Numbered from the stretch's first letter, positions 18,635 to 29,098 are shown. The stretch is 64,000 nucleotides of DNA from Candidatus Woesearchaeota archaeon (GCA_964622835.1 CAZUSA010000001.1:159468-223467); one strand, 5' to 3'. A program made the numbers and translations. Notes: generated from the sequence alone by a model not told the origin.

Positions 18635-20059
18635 ATGAAGTATATAGTATGGATAATGTTGTTGAGTGTTTTACTTACAACAGTAGTGTCTGCCGAAAAT
18701 GAAGTAACTATTGATGTCCTGGAAGGCGCAGAAGAAGCTGAAGCAGGAAGCAAGGCTATTTACGAAGTGTCTCTGACTAATTTACAGCCCGATCGTGATA
18801 TTTATCGTATCAGTTATAATGAGTTGTCCGTATATCCCTTTTCTGATTTTGCCCGAAGTATTATGACGGAACCGTCTCAATTAAAGTTAGATCCTGAAGA
18901 AACAGGGACGATGATCGTAACGATTAAGGTGTTAGAAAACGCGCTTGAAGATAAGAGTTATGAAATGCCGTTAACAGTAACGTCATTAACAAACGAAAAT
19001 ATTGCTGTTGAATTTACGCTTAAAACCTATGTGGTTGCTGCTGAAGATGTTATTTTAATTTTTCCAGAGATTCCCGATACAGTTATTCCTGGTGAAGATC
19101 AAGAAATAAAGGTACGATTAAAAAATAGGGGTAACATTGCTTTAGAAAATTATGAAATTTTAATTTCTAGTGATTTACCTCAGTTGTATAAGAATTTTAT
19201 TACAGATTTTGGTCCTGGTGAAGAAATTATTGAAACAGTTATATTAAAGACGGATAAGAATACGCATGCGGGTGATTACGTAGTAAATATACATGCGTAC
19301 GACAGTGATAGTAAAACACGTGGTTCTTACTCTTCTGCGTTTACGATTGAGTCATTTGATAATATTCGTGAAAAGAAGGATAAGGATTTAGGATTTTTTT
19401 CAAAGACAACAACGATTACAAAGACGAATGAAGGTAATATTCAAAATGAATTAATGGTTGAAGCAAAGGTTAATTTTTTGGCGCGTATGTTTACAAATAC
19501 AGAACCGCAAGCACCTGTATCAAAGGGTAAATACATCTGGACGGTTGATTTAGCTCCTGGTGAGAGCACGGTTGTGAAGTACACGTCTAATTATCGTCCT
19601 ATTTTTTATGGTCTTATTATTGTTGCATTGGCCGTATGGTTGATGACGCATTTGATTGATCGTTCTGTTATCATTAGAAAGCGATTGTATCGTATTAAGA
19701 AAACTGCTGATGGATTATCTGAATTAAAAGTATTAATTCATGTTCGTAATGGTAAGACGGAAGATATTACTGATGTAAGAATTAGTGATGTGTTACCCAA
19801 TACGATGCAGCCATTGGATGAGTTTGGAACAATGAGACCAACAAAAGTGCAGCAAGGAACCAAGGGTAAACGATTTGTGTGGGATATACCTCATTTAGCA
19901 CCGCATGAAGAACGTATCTTTTCATATAAAGTAAAAACACGATTGAAGTTAATTGGTGATGCGCGGTTACCTCCTTCGATTGTCCAGTATCAGACAAAAA
20001 AGGGTAAACATTTTACGGAACGTTCTGCAAGTTTGGCGTTAGAACATAAACAACAATAA
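18635..20059 (+). CDS. Hypothetical cell-surface protein
   Basis: 474 aa. Signal peptide, Ig/CARDB-like beta-rich ectodomain, internal TM helix near aa 325-345, about 130-aa C-terminal region. No recognisable enzyme motif. Confidence 0.5.
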   Translation: MKYIVWIMLLSVLLTTVVSAENEVTIDVLEGAEEAEAGSKAIYEVSLTNLQPDRDIYRISYNELSVYPFSDFARSIMTEPSQLKLDPEETGTMIVTIKVLENALEDKSYEMPLTVTSLTNENIAVEFTLKTYVVAAEDVILIFPEIPDTVIPGEDQEIKVRLKNRGNIALENYEILISSDLPQLYKNFITDFGPGEEIIETVILKTDKNTHAGDYVVNIHAYDSDSKTRGSYSSAFTIESFDNIREKKDKDLGFFSKTTTITKTNEGNIQNELMVEAKVNFLARMFTNTEPQAPVSKGKYIWTVDLAPGESTVVKYTSNYRPIFYGLIIVALAVWLMTHLIDRSVIIRKRLYRIKKTADGLSELKVLIHVRNGKTEDITDVRISDVLPNTMQPLDEFGTMRPTKVQQGTKGKRFVWDIPHLAPHEERIFSYKVKTRLKLIGDARLPPSIVQYQTKKGKHFTERSASLALEHKQQ

Positions 20060-20065
20060 GAGAAA

Positions 20066-20076
20066 CTATTATAAGG
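20066..20076 (+). promoter_or_regulatory. TATA-like box ctattataagg, about 30 bp upstream of tRNA-Tyr
   Basis: AT-rich TATA-like element at the expected archaeal -26/-30 position. Confidence 0.4.
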
Positions 20077-20099
20077 AATCGTGCATGCATTTCTGAATT

Positions 20100-20225
20100 C
20101 CCACTCTAGCTCAATGGTAGAGCGCACGGCTGTAGAAGATCCATGTGACGTTTGTCGCTGCGGCAATGTATGAACAATGGTCAGCCGTAACCGTGAGGTT
20201 CCAGGTTCAAGTCCCGGGGGTGGGA
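20100..20225 (+). tRNA. tRNA-Tyr (GTA) with 54-nt intron at the canonical 37/38 position (about 20136-20189)
   Basis: Hand-folded. Acceptor CCCACTC/GGGTGGG with the archaeal Tyr C1:G72 pair. D-arm GCTC-AATGGTA-GAGC. Anticodon stem CACGG/CCGTG, loop CTGTAGA after intron removal. T-arm CCAGG-TTCAAGT-CCCGG (one A-C mismatch). Confidence 0.7.
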
Positions 20226-20227
20226 GA

Positions 20228-20236
20228 TTTTTTTTC
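20228..20236 (+). terminator. Oligo-T tract (T9) directly after tRNA-Tyr
   Basis: Archaeal terminators are T-runs. This one starts 3 nt after the discriminator. Confidence 0.4.
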
Positions 20237-20453
20237 TTAAGTGAACTGCAATAATATTTATAAGGATCCGCACCGTTACTCTTATTCAGCAAGAAATGAG
20301 GCGATCTAGCTGGTTCTATCGAAAAGAAAGCCTTATATACGATAATTTTGCTTCAATTCCCAGAATGGGGCTCTCGTTTATAAAAAGTGTTGCAGTTTTG
20401 TGTTGATTTACTTCGTGTGTGTCTGCAGACTGTTATATGAGCCATAAACGAAT

Positions 20454-20525
20454 GCTCTAGTAGTGTAGTGGCTATCATACGGCCCTGTCGAGGCCGTGAC
20501 GCGGGTTCGATTCCCGCCTAGGGCG
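20454..20525 (+). tRNA. tRNA-Asp (GTC)
   Basis: Acceptor GCTCTAG/CTAGGGC. Anticodon stem CGGCC/GGCCG, loop CTGTCGA. T-arm GCGGG-TTCGATT-CCCGC. TATA-like ttatatga about 20 bp upstream. Confidence 0.8.
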
Positions 20526-20547
20526 CTTTAAATGTCACATCAAGCGG

Positions 20548-20623
20548 GGGCCGGTAGCTCAGCCTGGCTTAGAGCACTTGGCTTTTAACCAAGGGGTCGA
20601 GGGTTCAAATCCCTTCCGGCCCG
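20548..20623 (+). tRNA. tRNA-Lys (TTT)
   Basis: Acceptor GGGCCGG/CCGGCCC. D-arm GCTC-AGCCTGGCTTA-GAGC. Anticodon stem CTTGG/CCAAG, loop CTTTTAA. T-arm GAGGG-TTCAAAT-CCCTT. Confidence 0.85.
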
Positions 20624-20639
20624 CATTCACACAAAAAAA

Positions 20640-20879
20640 ATGGCAGAAGAAAGACAACAATACATTGACCACACGCTTGTACCAAAGCATACTCGCTGTT
20701 CCGAAGAAGAAGTCGAAAAAGTTCTTTCAAAGTTTAACGTAAAAAAACAACAATTACCTCGTATTAGTATGAACGATCCTGTTATTGTTCATAAAGCATA
20801 CGAACCAGGAACTATTATCAAGATCGAACGAACAAGTAAGACTGAACCAAAATCATTGTTCTATAGGATGGTTATCTAA
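20640..20879 (+). CDS. rpoH: RNA polymerase subunit H (Rpb5 homolog)
   Basis: 79 aa. HTLVPKH motif. Sits immediately upstream of rpoB, as in archaea. Confidence 0.85.
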   Translation: MAEERQQYIDHTLVPKHTRCSEEEVEKVLSKFNVKKQQLPRISMNDPVIVHKAYEPGTIIKIERTSKTEPKSLFYRMVI

Positions 20880-22361
20880 ATGAACAATACTGATATTATT
20901 CAAAAGTATTATGAGACGAATAGTTTGGTTGCTGCTGATGTTGCTTCATTTAACAGATTTGTTGATGTTGAGTTACAAAAGATTATTGAGGAAGTTGGTG
21001 ATATTATTCCAACGGTTATTCCTGCTGACATGGATGATTTCCGTATTAAGTTTGATAAGATCTGGGTTGATAAGCCCGAGATTATTGAAGCTGATGGTAG
21101 TAAACGTGATGTTTTCCCAACAGAAGCGAGATTACGTAAGTTAACGTATTCTGGTCCTATTAATTTAGAAGTGTCTGCTCACATTGATGGTGTGCAACGT
21201 GAATCGTTTACCACACAAGTGGGTAAACTTCCTATTATGTTGAAGAGTAAGTATTGTCATTTGAATAAGATGTCTCCTGAAGAAGTTATGAAAAAAGGAG
21301 AAGATCCTGATGATATTGGTGGATATTTTATTTTGAATGGTAACGAGCGTGTGCTTATTACTGTTGAAGATTTAGTATCTAATCGTATGTTTGTTGAGCG
21401 TATTGCGACAGGTCCTGTGAAGTTCTCTGCACGCGTATTCTCAGAAAAAGGGTCTTACAGGGTTCCTCACTTATTAGAGCAAACACGTGATGGTGTGATT
21501 AATGTATCCTTTACGCGATTAAAGAAAGTTCCTGTTGTCGCTGTGATTAAGGCGTTAGGGTTAACGAAAGATGCTGAAGTTATGCAACATATTGATTTGG
21601 AAGAGATGCATGATGATATTTTTGTTAACTTATACAACACAATTGATTTGAAAACAGAAGCAGAAGCAATTGAGTATGTTGGTAAAAAGATGGGTGTTAA
21701 TCAGGCACAAGAAGATAAGGATAAGAAAACGTTAGAAAATTTGGATCGTTATTTATTACCCCATTTAGGTGTTACACCTGAAGATCGTAAGAAGAAAGCA
21801 GTTAATTTGTGTAAGATGGTTAAGCGGTTATTATTAATTACTAAGAAAGATTTGGGTAATCAAGATATTGATCATTACATGCATAAACGTTTGAAACTTT
21901 CCGGAGACTTATTAGGAGATTTATTCCGCGTGCATTTACGTTCATTAATTAATGATATTATGTATAATTTTCAACGGTTAGTAAAGCGTACGAAGTTTAC
22001 GACGTTAAGTATTATTATTCGAGACAAATTATTAACATCTCGTATTAACAGTGCTATGGCTACGGGTGTATGGGTTGGTGGTCGTAAGGGATTATCACAG
22101 AATTTAGATAGAACAAATTATTTATCGTCATTATCTCATTTACAGCGTGTTAATTCGTTGTTATCGGCAACGCAAGAAAACTTTGCTGCTCGTGCATTAC
22201 ATGCTACCCATTGGGGTCGTTTGTGTGCTATTGAGACACCTGAAGGAACATCTATTGGGTTACGTAAGAACTTAGCGTTGATGGCTAATATTTCATCTGA
22301 AGATGAAAGTGAAGTAAAAATGTTAAAATTATTGAAAGGTATGGGGCTGCAATCAGAATGA
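20880..22361 (+). CDS. rpoB2: RNA polymerase subunit B'' (N-terminal half of split RpoB)
   Basis: 493 aa. Conserved Rpb2 N-terminal blocks. A split rpoB is an archaeal hallmark. Confidence 0.9.
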   Translation: MNNTDIIQKYYETNSLVAADVASFNRFVDVELQKIIEEVGDIIPTVIPADMDDFRIKFDKIWVDKPEIIEADGSKRDVFPTEARLRKLTYSGPINLEVSAHIDGVQRESFTTQVGKLPIMLKSKYCHLNKMSPEEVMKKGEDPDDIGGYFILNGNERVLITVEDLVSNRMFVERIATGPVKFSARVFSEKGSYRVPHLLEQTRDGVINVSFTRLKKVPVVAVIKALGLTKDAEVMQHIDLEEMHDDIFVNLYNTIDLKTEAEAIEYVGKKMGVNQAQEDKDKKTLENLDRYLLPHLGVTPEDRKKKAVNLCKMVKRLLLITKKDLGNQDIDHYMHKRLKLSGDLLGDLFRVHLRSLINDIMYNFQRLVKRTKFTTLSIIIRDKLLTSRINSAMATGVWVGGRKGLSQNLDRTNYLSSLSHLQRVNSLLSATQENFAARALHATHWGRLCAIETPEGTSIGLRKNLALMANISSEDESEVKMLKLLKGMGLQSE

Positions 22362-24163
22362 AAACTGACGTATACATGAGAGACGTGTTCATCGGTCAAG
22401 TTGACGATGCTAATGCATTTGTTACAACCTTTAAGGAAGAGCGTCGTAAAGGAACGTTACCTGATACGGTTAATGTTGGTTTCAATAAAGATTTGAATGA
22501 AGTTGTTGTTGAAATTTCTAAGGGCCGTGCTCGACGTCCGTTGTTTATTGTTGATAAAGGTAAAAGTCTCTTTACAGAAGAGTACAAGAAGAAGTTATTG
22601 AGTAGTGAAATTAAGTGGGAAGATTTAGTGAAAGAAGGTATTGTTGAATATTTGGATGCTGCTGAAGAAGAGAATGCATTTGTTGCTATTAATGAAAAGG
22701 TCATTACTCCTGAAAATACACATGTTGAAGTGAGTCCTATTTTGATTATGGGATTGACAACATCGTTAGTACCATTTTCTAATTTTGGTCAGAGTGCACG
22801 TTTAAACAGAGGTTCTAAAGCACAAAAGCAGTCTCTTGGCATGTATGCTGCTAATTATTTGATTCGTATTGATACTGATTCTAATATTTTACATTATCCT
22901 TCTAATCCTATTGTAAGAACGTGTAATGCACAATTAGCTGGTCAAGAGAACCATCCTGCTGGACAAAATGTTGTTATTGCGTTGATGAGTTATGAAGGGT
23001 ATAACATGCAGGATGCGTTAATTGTTAATGGTGGTTCGCTCGCTCGTGGTTTAGCACGATCAACATACTTCAAGCCATATACTGTTGAAGAGTTACGCTA
23101 TTCTGGTGGGTTAACCGATAAGATTTGTGTTCCTGATAAGGATGTTAAAGGATATCGCGCTGAAACTGATTATAAATTATTAGAAGATGATGGTATTATT
23201 CATCCTGAAGCAACGATTACTGATGAAGATGTTATTATTGGTCGTACGTCTCCTCCTCGTTTCTTGGGTGAGATGGATGAGTTTAGTATTTCCGCTAATA
23301 AGATGCGAGATAGTTCTGTTACGATTAAACCTGGTGAACCGGGTAAGGTTGATTTGATTACGGTTACTGAAAATGAAGAAGGTAATCGATTAGTACAAAT
23401 TCGTATTCGTCACCAACGTATTCCTGAGATTGGTGATAAGTTTGCGTCCCGTCATGGTCAGAAGGGTGTTGTTGGATTAATTGTTCCTCAACAAGATATG
23501 CCGTTTACGTCTTCGGGTATTACGCCTGATTTAATTTTCTCCCCACATTCTATTCCTTCGCGTATGACTGTTTCTCATTTGATTGAGGCATTAGGCGGTA
23601 AAGCTGGTGCGTTAAAAGCAGAAAAGATTGATGCTACAGCATTTGCAAGTCAGTCTGAAGGAAGTTTACGTGAGATGTTGAAAGAGTGGGGCTTCCGTGA
23701 GAATGGTACGGAACGAATGATGAATGGTATTACTGGTGAAGAGTTTGAAGTGAAGATTTTCATTGGTAACATGTTTTACTTACGATTAAAGCACATGGTT
23801 GCAAATAAGTTACACGCTCGTGCTGCTGGTCGTATCCAATTACTTACACGCCAACCTATTGAGGGTCGTGCTAAGGGTGGAGGTCTTCGTTTAGGTGAAA
23901 TGGAGAAAGATTGTTTTGTAGCACATGGTGCATCATTATTATTGAAAGAACGATTTGATTCTGATAAGACGATTGTTCCTATTTGTAGTTCATGTGGTCT
24001 TATTGGTGTTGATGATGTCTTTAGAAAGAAGAAGTTCTGTCACCGATGTGGTGGTAATGTTGAGATTAATAATGTTGAAATGTCATATGCATTTAAGTTG
24101 TTAATGGATGAGATTCGATCGATGGGGGTTCTTCCAAGTATAAAGTTGAAAAATAAGTACTAA
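22358..24163 (+). CDS. rpoB1: RNA polymerase subunit B' (C-terminal half of RpoB)
   Basis: 601 aa. Motifs SRHGQKGV, PDLIFSPHSIPSRMT, GGLRLGEMEKD, and a C-terminal Zn ribbon CSSCG...CHRCG. Confidence 0.9.
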   Translation: MKTDVYMRDVFIGQVDDANAFVTTFKEERRKGTLPDTVNVGFNKDLNEVVVEISKGRARRPLFIVDKGKSLFTEEYKKKLLSSEIKWEDLVKEGIVEYLDAAEEENAFVAINEKVITPENTHVEVSPILIMGLTTSLVPFSNFGQSARLNRGSKAQKQSLGMYAANYLIRIDTDSNILHYPSNPIVRTCNAQLAGQENHPAGQNVVIALMSYEGYNMQDALIVNGGSLARGLARSTYFKPYTVEELRYSGGLTDKICVPDKDVKGYRAETDYKLLEDDGIIHPEATITDEDVIIGRTSPPRFLGEMDEFSISANKMRDSSVTIKPGEPGKVDLITVTENEEGNRLVQIRIRHQRIPEIGDKFASRHGQKGVVGLIVPQQDMPFTSSGITPDLIFSPHSIPSRMTVSHLIEALGGKAGALKAEKIDATAFASQSEGSLREMLKEWGFRENGTERMMNGITGEEFEVKIFIGNMFYLRLKHMVANKLHARAAGRIQLLTRQPIEGRAKGGGLRLGEMEKDCFVAHGASLLLKERFDSDKTIVPICSSCGLIGVDDVFRKKKFCHRCGGNVEINNVEMSYAFKLLMDEIRSMGVLPSIKLKNKY

Positions 24164-24164
24164 A

Positions 24165-26738
24165 ATGGCTGAAAAGATTTACAAGAAAATTAGTGAAATT
24201 ACGTTTGGTATGCAGAGCCCTACATTTATTGAGGAAACATCTGCTGCGAAGATTGTTACAGCTGAATTGTATGAGAAAGAAGGCTATCCTGTTGATGGTG
24301 GTTTAATGGATGTTCATTTAGGTGTTATCGATCCTGGTTTACGTTGTAAAACATGTGGTGGTCGTTTGAAAGAGTGTATGGGCCATTTTGGTCATGTTGA
24401 GTTGGCACGTCCTGTTATTCATATTAATTATGCGACACAAGTGTATAATGTTATTCGTGGTACGTGTAATGAGTGTCATCGGTTAAAGATGGATGATAAG
24501 AAGCAAGCTTTATTCAAGGAACGGTTTGCGTATGCGAAAGAGCATGAAAATACTGATGTTATGCGAGTTATTAGTAAAGAAGTGTTAGCAAAAGCGCGTT
24601 TAATTAAGAAGTGTCCTCATTGTAAGGCAAAGCAAGATGCTGTGAAGATTGAAAAGCCAACAACATACATGCAAGGTGATAAGCGGTTAAGTCCTATTGA
24701 AGTGCGTTCACGTTTAGAAAAGGTAACCAATGAAGATGCAGAACTTATGGGGTTCAATCCGTTAACGTCTCGTCCTGAGTGGATGGTCTTACGTGTTTTA
24801 ACAATTCCTCCTGTAACGGTTCGTCCGTCTATTACGTTAGAAACAGGTGAACGGTCTGAAGACGATTTAACGCATAAGTTGGGTGATATTGTTCGTATTA
24901 ATCAACGGTTATTTGAGAATATTAATGCGGGTGCGCCTGAAATGATTATTGAGGATCTGTGGGATTTATTACAGTATCATATTACGACGTATATGGATAA
25001 TACTGTTTCAAGTATTCCTCCTGCACGTCACCGTTCTGGTCAAGAATTGAAGACGTTAACGGAGCGTATTAAGAGTAAGGAAGGAAGGTTTAGACATAAT
25101 CTTGCTGGTAAGCGTGTTAATTTTGCTGCGCGTACAGTGATTAGTCCTGATCCGTGTATTAAATTTAATGATGTTGGTATTCCTCAAAGCGTTGCTATGG
25201 AGTTAACGATTCCTGAGCGTGTTACTGAGTGGAATAAGAAATGGTTGATTCAGAAGATTAAGAATGGTCCTAAACAATATCCTGGCGCTAATTATGTTAT
25301 TTGGCCGGATGGTAAGAAGAAGAAGATTACTGAAGAGACGATGGAACAGATTATGGAAGAGTTAGATGTTGGGTTTAAGGTTGAACGTCATTTAATTGAT
25401 GGTGACCAATCTTTATTCAATAGACAACCAAGTTTACACCGTATGAGTTTAATGTGTCATCGTGTTCGTGTATTACCTGGCCGTTCATTCCGTATGAATC
25501 CTTCTGTTTGTAATCCGTATAACGCTGATTTTGATGGTGATGAGATGAACTTACATGTTCCTCAAACTGAAGAGGCACGTGCTGAATCTGAAGTGTTAAT
25601 GGAAGTGCAAACACAGATTATTACGCCGAAGAATGGGTATAATATTATTGGTTGTGTTGAAGATTCTATTACAGGGTGTTATTTGTTAACAAAGACGAAG
25701 GAAGTACCTCGTAGTGAGGCAGTTGAGTTGTTAACGTCTATTGGTTTGGATACTATTACGTTTGATAAAGAAACAGTTTCTGGTTGTGAGGTCTTTAGTG
25801 CCTTGTTCCCAAGTGATTTTAATTTTGTTCGTAAGAATAAGGATGATAAGATTGTGATGAGTTTCAAGAATGGTCAGATTATTACGGGTATTATTGATAA
25901 GAATACTATTGGTGAGAATAATGGTGAGCTTATTAGAGAGTTTTATCGTAAGTATGGCCAAAATAAGACCATTAAATTGTTAGGTAATATTTTCCAGTTG
26001 GGTATTAAGATTCTTTTAAAGAAAGGGTTTACTACTGGTGTTGCTGATACGGATGTTCCAGATGAAGCTCGTAAGAAATCTCAAGGTATGATTAAGCGTG
26101 CGTATGATAAAGTAAGTGAACATGTTGAAGAGTTTAAGAAAGGCAAAATTGAATCATTACCTGGTAAGACAATATTAGAAACCTTAGAGATTAAGGCGAT
26201 GGAAGTATTAAACAAGACGCGTACAGAAGTGGGTGATTTTGTTAAAGATTTCGCTACTGATGATAATGGTACTATTATTATGGCTAAGGCTGGTGCAAAA
26301 GGTAATATTTTGAACTTTACGCAGATGACTGGTTGTATTGGTCAACAGGCATTGGGTGGTAAGCGTATTAATCGTGGTTATAGAAAGCGTACGTTATCTT
26401 CGTTTAAGGATGATGATTTAGGTCCTGAAGCTCGTGGCTTTGTTAAGGGAACCTTTAAGCAGGGTATTTCACCGACGGAATTCTTTTTCCACGCTATGAC
26501 TGGTCGTGATTCTTTAATGGATACTGCGTTGAGAACGCCGAAGTCTGGTTATTTATATCGTCGTTTAGCAAATGCTTTACAAGATTTGAAGGTTGAGTAT
26601 GATTACACGGTTCGTAACGCGACAAAGGAAATTGTTCAGTTCAAGTATGGTGATGACAGTATTGATGTTTCCAAGTCGGAAGGTGGTACGATTAGTGTTG
26701 TTAATGCTATTCATGATGTATTAGGAGAGAAGGTATAA
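24165..26738 (+). CDS. rpoA1: RNA polymerase subunit A'
   Basis: 857 aa. Zn motifs CKTCGGRLKEC. Catalytic NADFDGDEMN motif. Confidence 0.9.
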   Translation: MAEKIYKKISEITFGMQSPTFIEETSAAKIVTAELYEKEGYPVDGGLMDVHLGVIDPGLRCKTCGGRLKECMGHFGHVELARPVIHINYATQVYNVIRGTCNECHRLKMDDKKQALFKERFAYAKEHENTDVMRVISKEVLAKARLIKKCPHCKAKQDAVKIEKPTTYMQGDKRLSPIEVRSRLEKVTNEDAELMGFNPLTSRPEWMVLRVLTIPPVTVRPSITLETGERSEDDLTHKLGDIVRINQRLFENINAGAPEMIIEDLWDLLQYHITTYMDNTVSSIPPARHRSGQELKTLTERIKSKEGRFRHNLAGKRVNFAARTVISPDPCIKFNDVGIPQSVAMELTIPERVTEWNKKWLIQKIKNGPKQYPGANYVIWPDGKKKKITEETMEQIMEELDVGFKVERHLIDGDQSLFNRQPSLHRMSLMCHRVRVLPGRSFRMNPSVCNPYNADFDGDEMNLHVPQTEEARAESEVLMEVQTQIITPKNGYNIIGCVEDSITGCYLLTKTKEVPRSEAVELLTSIGLDTITFDKETVSGCEVFSALFPSDFNFVRKNKDDKIVMSFKNGQIITGIIDKNTIGENNGELIREFYRKYGQNKTIKLLGNIFQLGIKILLKKGFTTGVADTDVPDEARKKSQGMIKRAYDKVSEHVEEFKKGKIESLPGKTILETLEIKAMEVLNKTRTEVGDFVKDFATDDNGTIIMAKAGAKGNILNFTQMTGCIGQQALGGKRINRGYRKRTLSSFKDDDLGPEARGFVKGTFKQGISPTEFFFHAMTGRDSLMDTALRTPKSGYLYRRLANALQDLKVEYDYTVRNATKEIVQFKYGDDSIDVSKSEGGTISVVNAIHDVLGEKV

Positions 26739-27928
26739 TGACTGCTGATGTGTATTCGGATTTTGTAAAGAAGCTTCCTGGTAAGATTATTAATGATATG
26801 AAGCAAGAAGCGGCAAAGCGTAGTTTGAATGATTCGCAAGTGAAGAAGGTATTAGAGTATTTGGTTGAGCAGTATGATGCGGCTAAGATTAATCCGGGCG
26901 AAGCCATTGGTATTATTACTGCAGAATCATTTGGTGAACCGGGTACGCAGATGACATTGAATGTGTTCCACTTTGCAGGTGTAGCTGAAGTATCAGTAAC
27001 ACAGGGTCTTCCGCGTTTAATTGAAATTTTAGATGCACGTAAGACGATTAAAACACCGTCTATGATTATTCATTTGAAGAAAGATTTTGCTAAGGAAAAG
27101 AATAAAGTGCATGGTGTTGCTGCACAGATTAAAGAGACTGTTCTTGAGGAAATTTCTGAAGAGTTTAATATTAATTTGAGTAAAATGCAGTTAGATGTTA
27201 AAATTAACAAAGCTCGTATGCGTGAGATTAAGACGTCTGTTCCTGAGATCAGTGAAAAGTTACAAGAATCTCATAAGGGTATAAAGGTTCGTGCTACTGA
27301 TGATGGTTTTAGTGTAAAGATTGAGGGTGCTGAGAACGAATTGATGGAAATGTATAAGTTGAAAGAAAAACTTAAACAAACGTATATTAAAGGTGTTAAA
27401 GGCGTTGTTCATGTTTTACCTGTAAAAAACGGTGCTGAGTTTATGATTATTACAGCTGGTTCTAATTTAGCTGATGTTTTGGCTATTCCTGAAGTTGATG
27501 CGTCTCGTACGACAACGAATGATATTCACGAAACGGCTAAGGTCTTAGGTATTGAGGCTGCTCGTCAGATTATTATTAATGAAGCTGAAAAGGTTATTGA
27601 AGATCAAGGATTAGATGTGGATATTCGTCATATTTTATGCGTTGCTGATACAATGTGTCGTCATGGTGTTGTTAAGGGTATTACACGTTCGGGTATTACT
27701 GGTGAAAAGAAGTCAGTATTAGCAAAGGCATCGTTCGAAACACCGTTAACACATATTGTTAATGCGTCTATTATGGGTGAACGTGATGAATTAAATTCTG
27801 TTATTGAGAATGTTATGTTAAATCAACCGGTACCGTTAGGTACAGGTCTTCCAGACTTGGTTGCGAAGATGGGTCCTGGTTTAACAGGTAAAAAAACTAA
27901 AACAAAAGAGAAGAAGGAGAAAAAATGA
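26738..27928 (+). CDS. rpoA2: RNA polymerase subunit A''
   Basis: 396 aa. Conserved trigger-loop region TAESFGEPGTQMTLNVFHFAG. Confidence 0.9.
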   Translation: MTADVYSDFVKKLPGKIINDMKQEAAKRSLNDSQVKKVLEYLVEQYDAAKINPGEAIGIITAESFGEPGTQMTLNVFHFAGVAEVSVTQGLPRLIEILDARKTIKTPSMIIHLKKDFAKEKNKVHGVAAQIKETVLEEISEEFNINLSKMQLDVKINKARMREIKTSVPEISEKLQESHKGIKVRATDDGFSVKIEGAENELMEMYKLKEKLKQTYIKGVKGVVHVLPVKNGAEFMIITAGSNLADVLAIPEVDASRTTTNDIHETAKVLGIEAARQIIINEAEKVIEDQGLDVDIRHILCVADTMCRHGVVKGITRSGITGEKKSVLAKASFETPLTHIVNASIMGERDELNSVIENVMLNQPVPLGTGLPDLVAKMGPGLTGKKTKTKEKKEKK

Positions 27929-28179
27929 GTCTTGAAGATTTACGCGCGGCTATGAAGAAAGAGAAGTTAATATTTGGTACACAACAGACAATAAAAAATA
28001 TGAAGAATAAGCAAACGAAAGTTGTTTTTTTGGCAAGTAATTGTGGTGAAAAGATTGATGAAAGTATTCATTATTATGCGAAGGGCACAAAGATTAAAAT
28101 TATTAAATTGAGTAAGCCTCGTAGTGAGATTTCTATATTCTGTAAGAAAAACTTTCCTGTGAGTGTTATTAGTTATTAG
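27925..28179 (+). CDS. rpl30e: Ribosomal protein L30e
   Basis: 84 aa. GTQQTIKNMKNKQTKVVFLASNC pattern. Conserved position after rpoA''. Confidence 0.8.
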   Translation: MSLEDLRAAMKKEKLIFGTQQTIKNMKNKQTKVVFLASNCGEKIDESIHYYAKGTKIKIIKLSKPRSEISIFCKKNFPVSVISY

Positions 28180-28597
28180 AATGAAGACACGACAAAAGTT
28201 AGATATGCGTTTAATGGGTTTGGTCTCTATTTTTGAAGAGGTTACAAAGGTTAATGCTGTTGATTTTCTTGAGAATAAGGGTCAATTAGTGTTTCTTGTA
28301 AAAGAAGATGATGGCAAAAAAGCTGTTGGTAAAAATGGCATGCATGCAAAGAAGTTAACGTATCGGTTACAGAAGAAAGTGCGTATTATTGTTCTTTCTG
28401 CTGATGTAAAGACGTTTATTGAGCAAGTTATTCGCCCATTAGAACCGGTAGATATTGAAGATGATGGAATAACGTGTAAGATTAAGATGCGTTCTGTTGA
28501 GGAAAAGGCTCGACTAATTGGTCGTGGTGGGAGTAATATTGAGTTCTTGAAGGGTATGGTAGAACACCATTATAAGCGCAAGGTTATGGCTGTTTAA
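28163..28597 (+). CDS. nusA: Archaeal NusA (KH-domain transcription factor)
   Basis: 144 aa with two KH-like segments (GKNGMHAKKL, GRGGSNIEFLKG). Conserved position before S12. Confidence 0.75.
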   Translation: MLLVIRMKTRQKLDMRLMGLVSIFEEVTKVNAVDFLENKGQLVFLVKEDDGKKAVGKNGMHAKKLTYRLQKKVRIIVLSADVKTFIEQVIRPLEPVDIEDDGITCKIKMRSVEEKARLIGRGGSNIEFLKGMVEHHYKRKVMAV

Positions 28598-28626
28598 ATA
28601 GCCTCATACGCACTTTGAGACCATAA

Positions 28627-28638
28627 TCTTTATAAACC
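28627..28638 (+). promoter_or_regulatory. BRE/TATA element tctttataaacc upstream of S12
   Basis: Identical 12-mer upstream of EF-2 (30673-30684). About 30 bp from ATG 28661. Confidence 0.5.
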
Positions 28639-28660
28639 AAATTAAGAGGTTTTGGAGTAC

Positions 28661-29098
28661 ATGGCAAAGAAATCACGTGGTCTAGGCGCTGGTAAGAAGT
28701 TAGCTGCGCGTAGAAACAAGTACAAATGGTCGCAACCGTTATACAAACGTAAGAAACGTGGTTTATATTGGAAGTCTAATCCGTTAGGTAAGTCTGCTCA
28801 AGCGAAAGGTATTGTTCTCGAAAAGCGTCAAGTTGAAGCTAAACAACCTAACTCTGCTATGCGTAAATGTGTTATTGTTCAATTAACCAAGAATGGTAAG
28901 AAGATTGGAGTGTTTGCTCCGGGTAATGAAGCGATTAAACGTATTGATGAACATGATGAAGTAATTGTTGAATGTATTGGTGGTAGTCGTGGTCGTTCGA
29001 AAGGTGATCTTCCTGGTATTCGTTGGCAAGTTATTAAAGTAAATGATCAAAGTTTAGATGCGTTATCCCGTGGTAAGATTGAGAAGGGTAGACGATGA
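28661..29098 (+). CDS. rps12: Ribosomal protein S12 (uS12)
   Basis: KGIVLEKRQVEAKQPNSAMRKCVIVQL. The ORF track gives a TTG start at 28652. Confidence 0.9.
   Translation: MAKKSRGLGAGKKLAARRNKYKWSQPLYKRKKRGLYWKSNPLGKSAQAKGIVLEKRQVEAKQPNSAMRKCVIVQLTKNGKKIGVFAPGNEAIKRIDEHDEVIVECIGGSRGRSKGDLPGIRWQVIKVNDQSLDALSRGKIEKGRR

Noticed and set aside
19990-20292. 100-aa minus-strand ORF spanning tRNA-Tyr
   Set aside because: Overlaps a well-folded intron-containing tRNA gene and its terminator.
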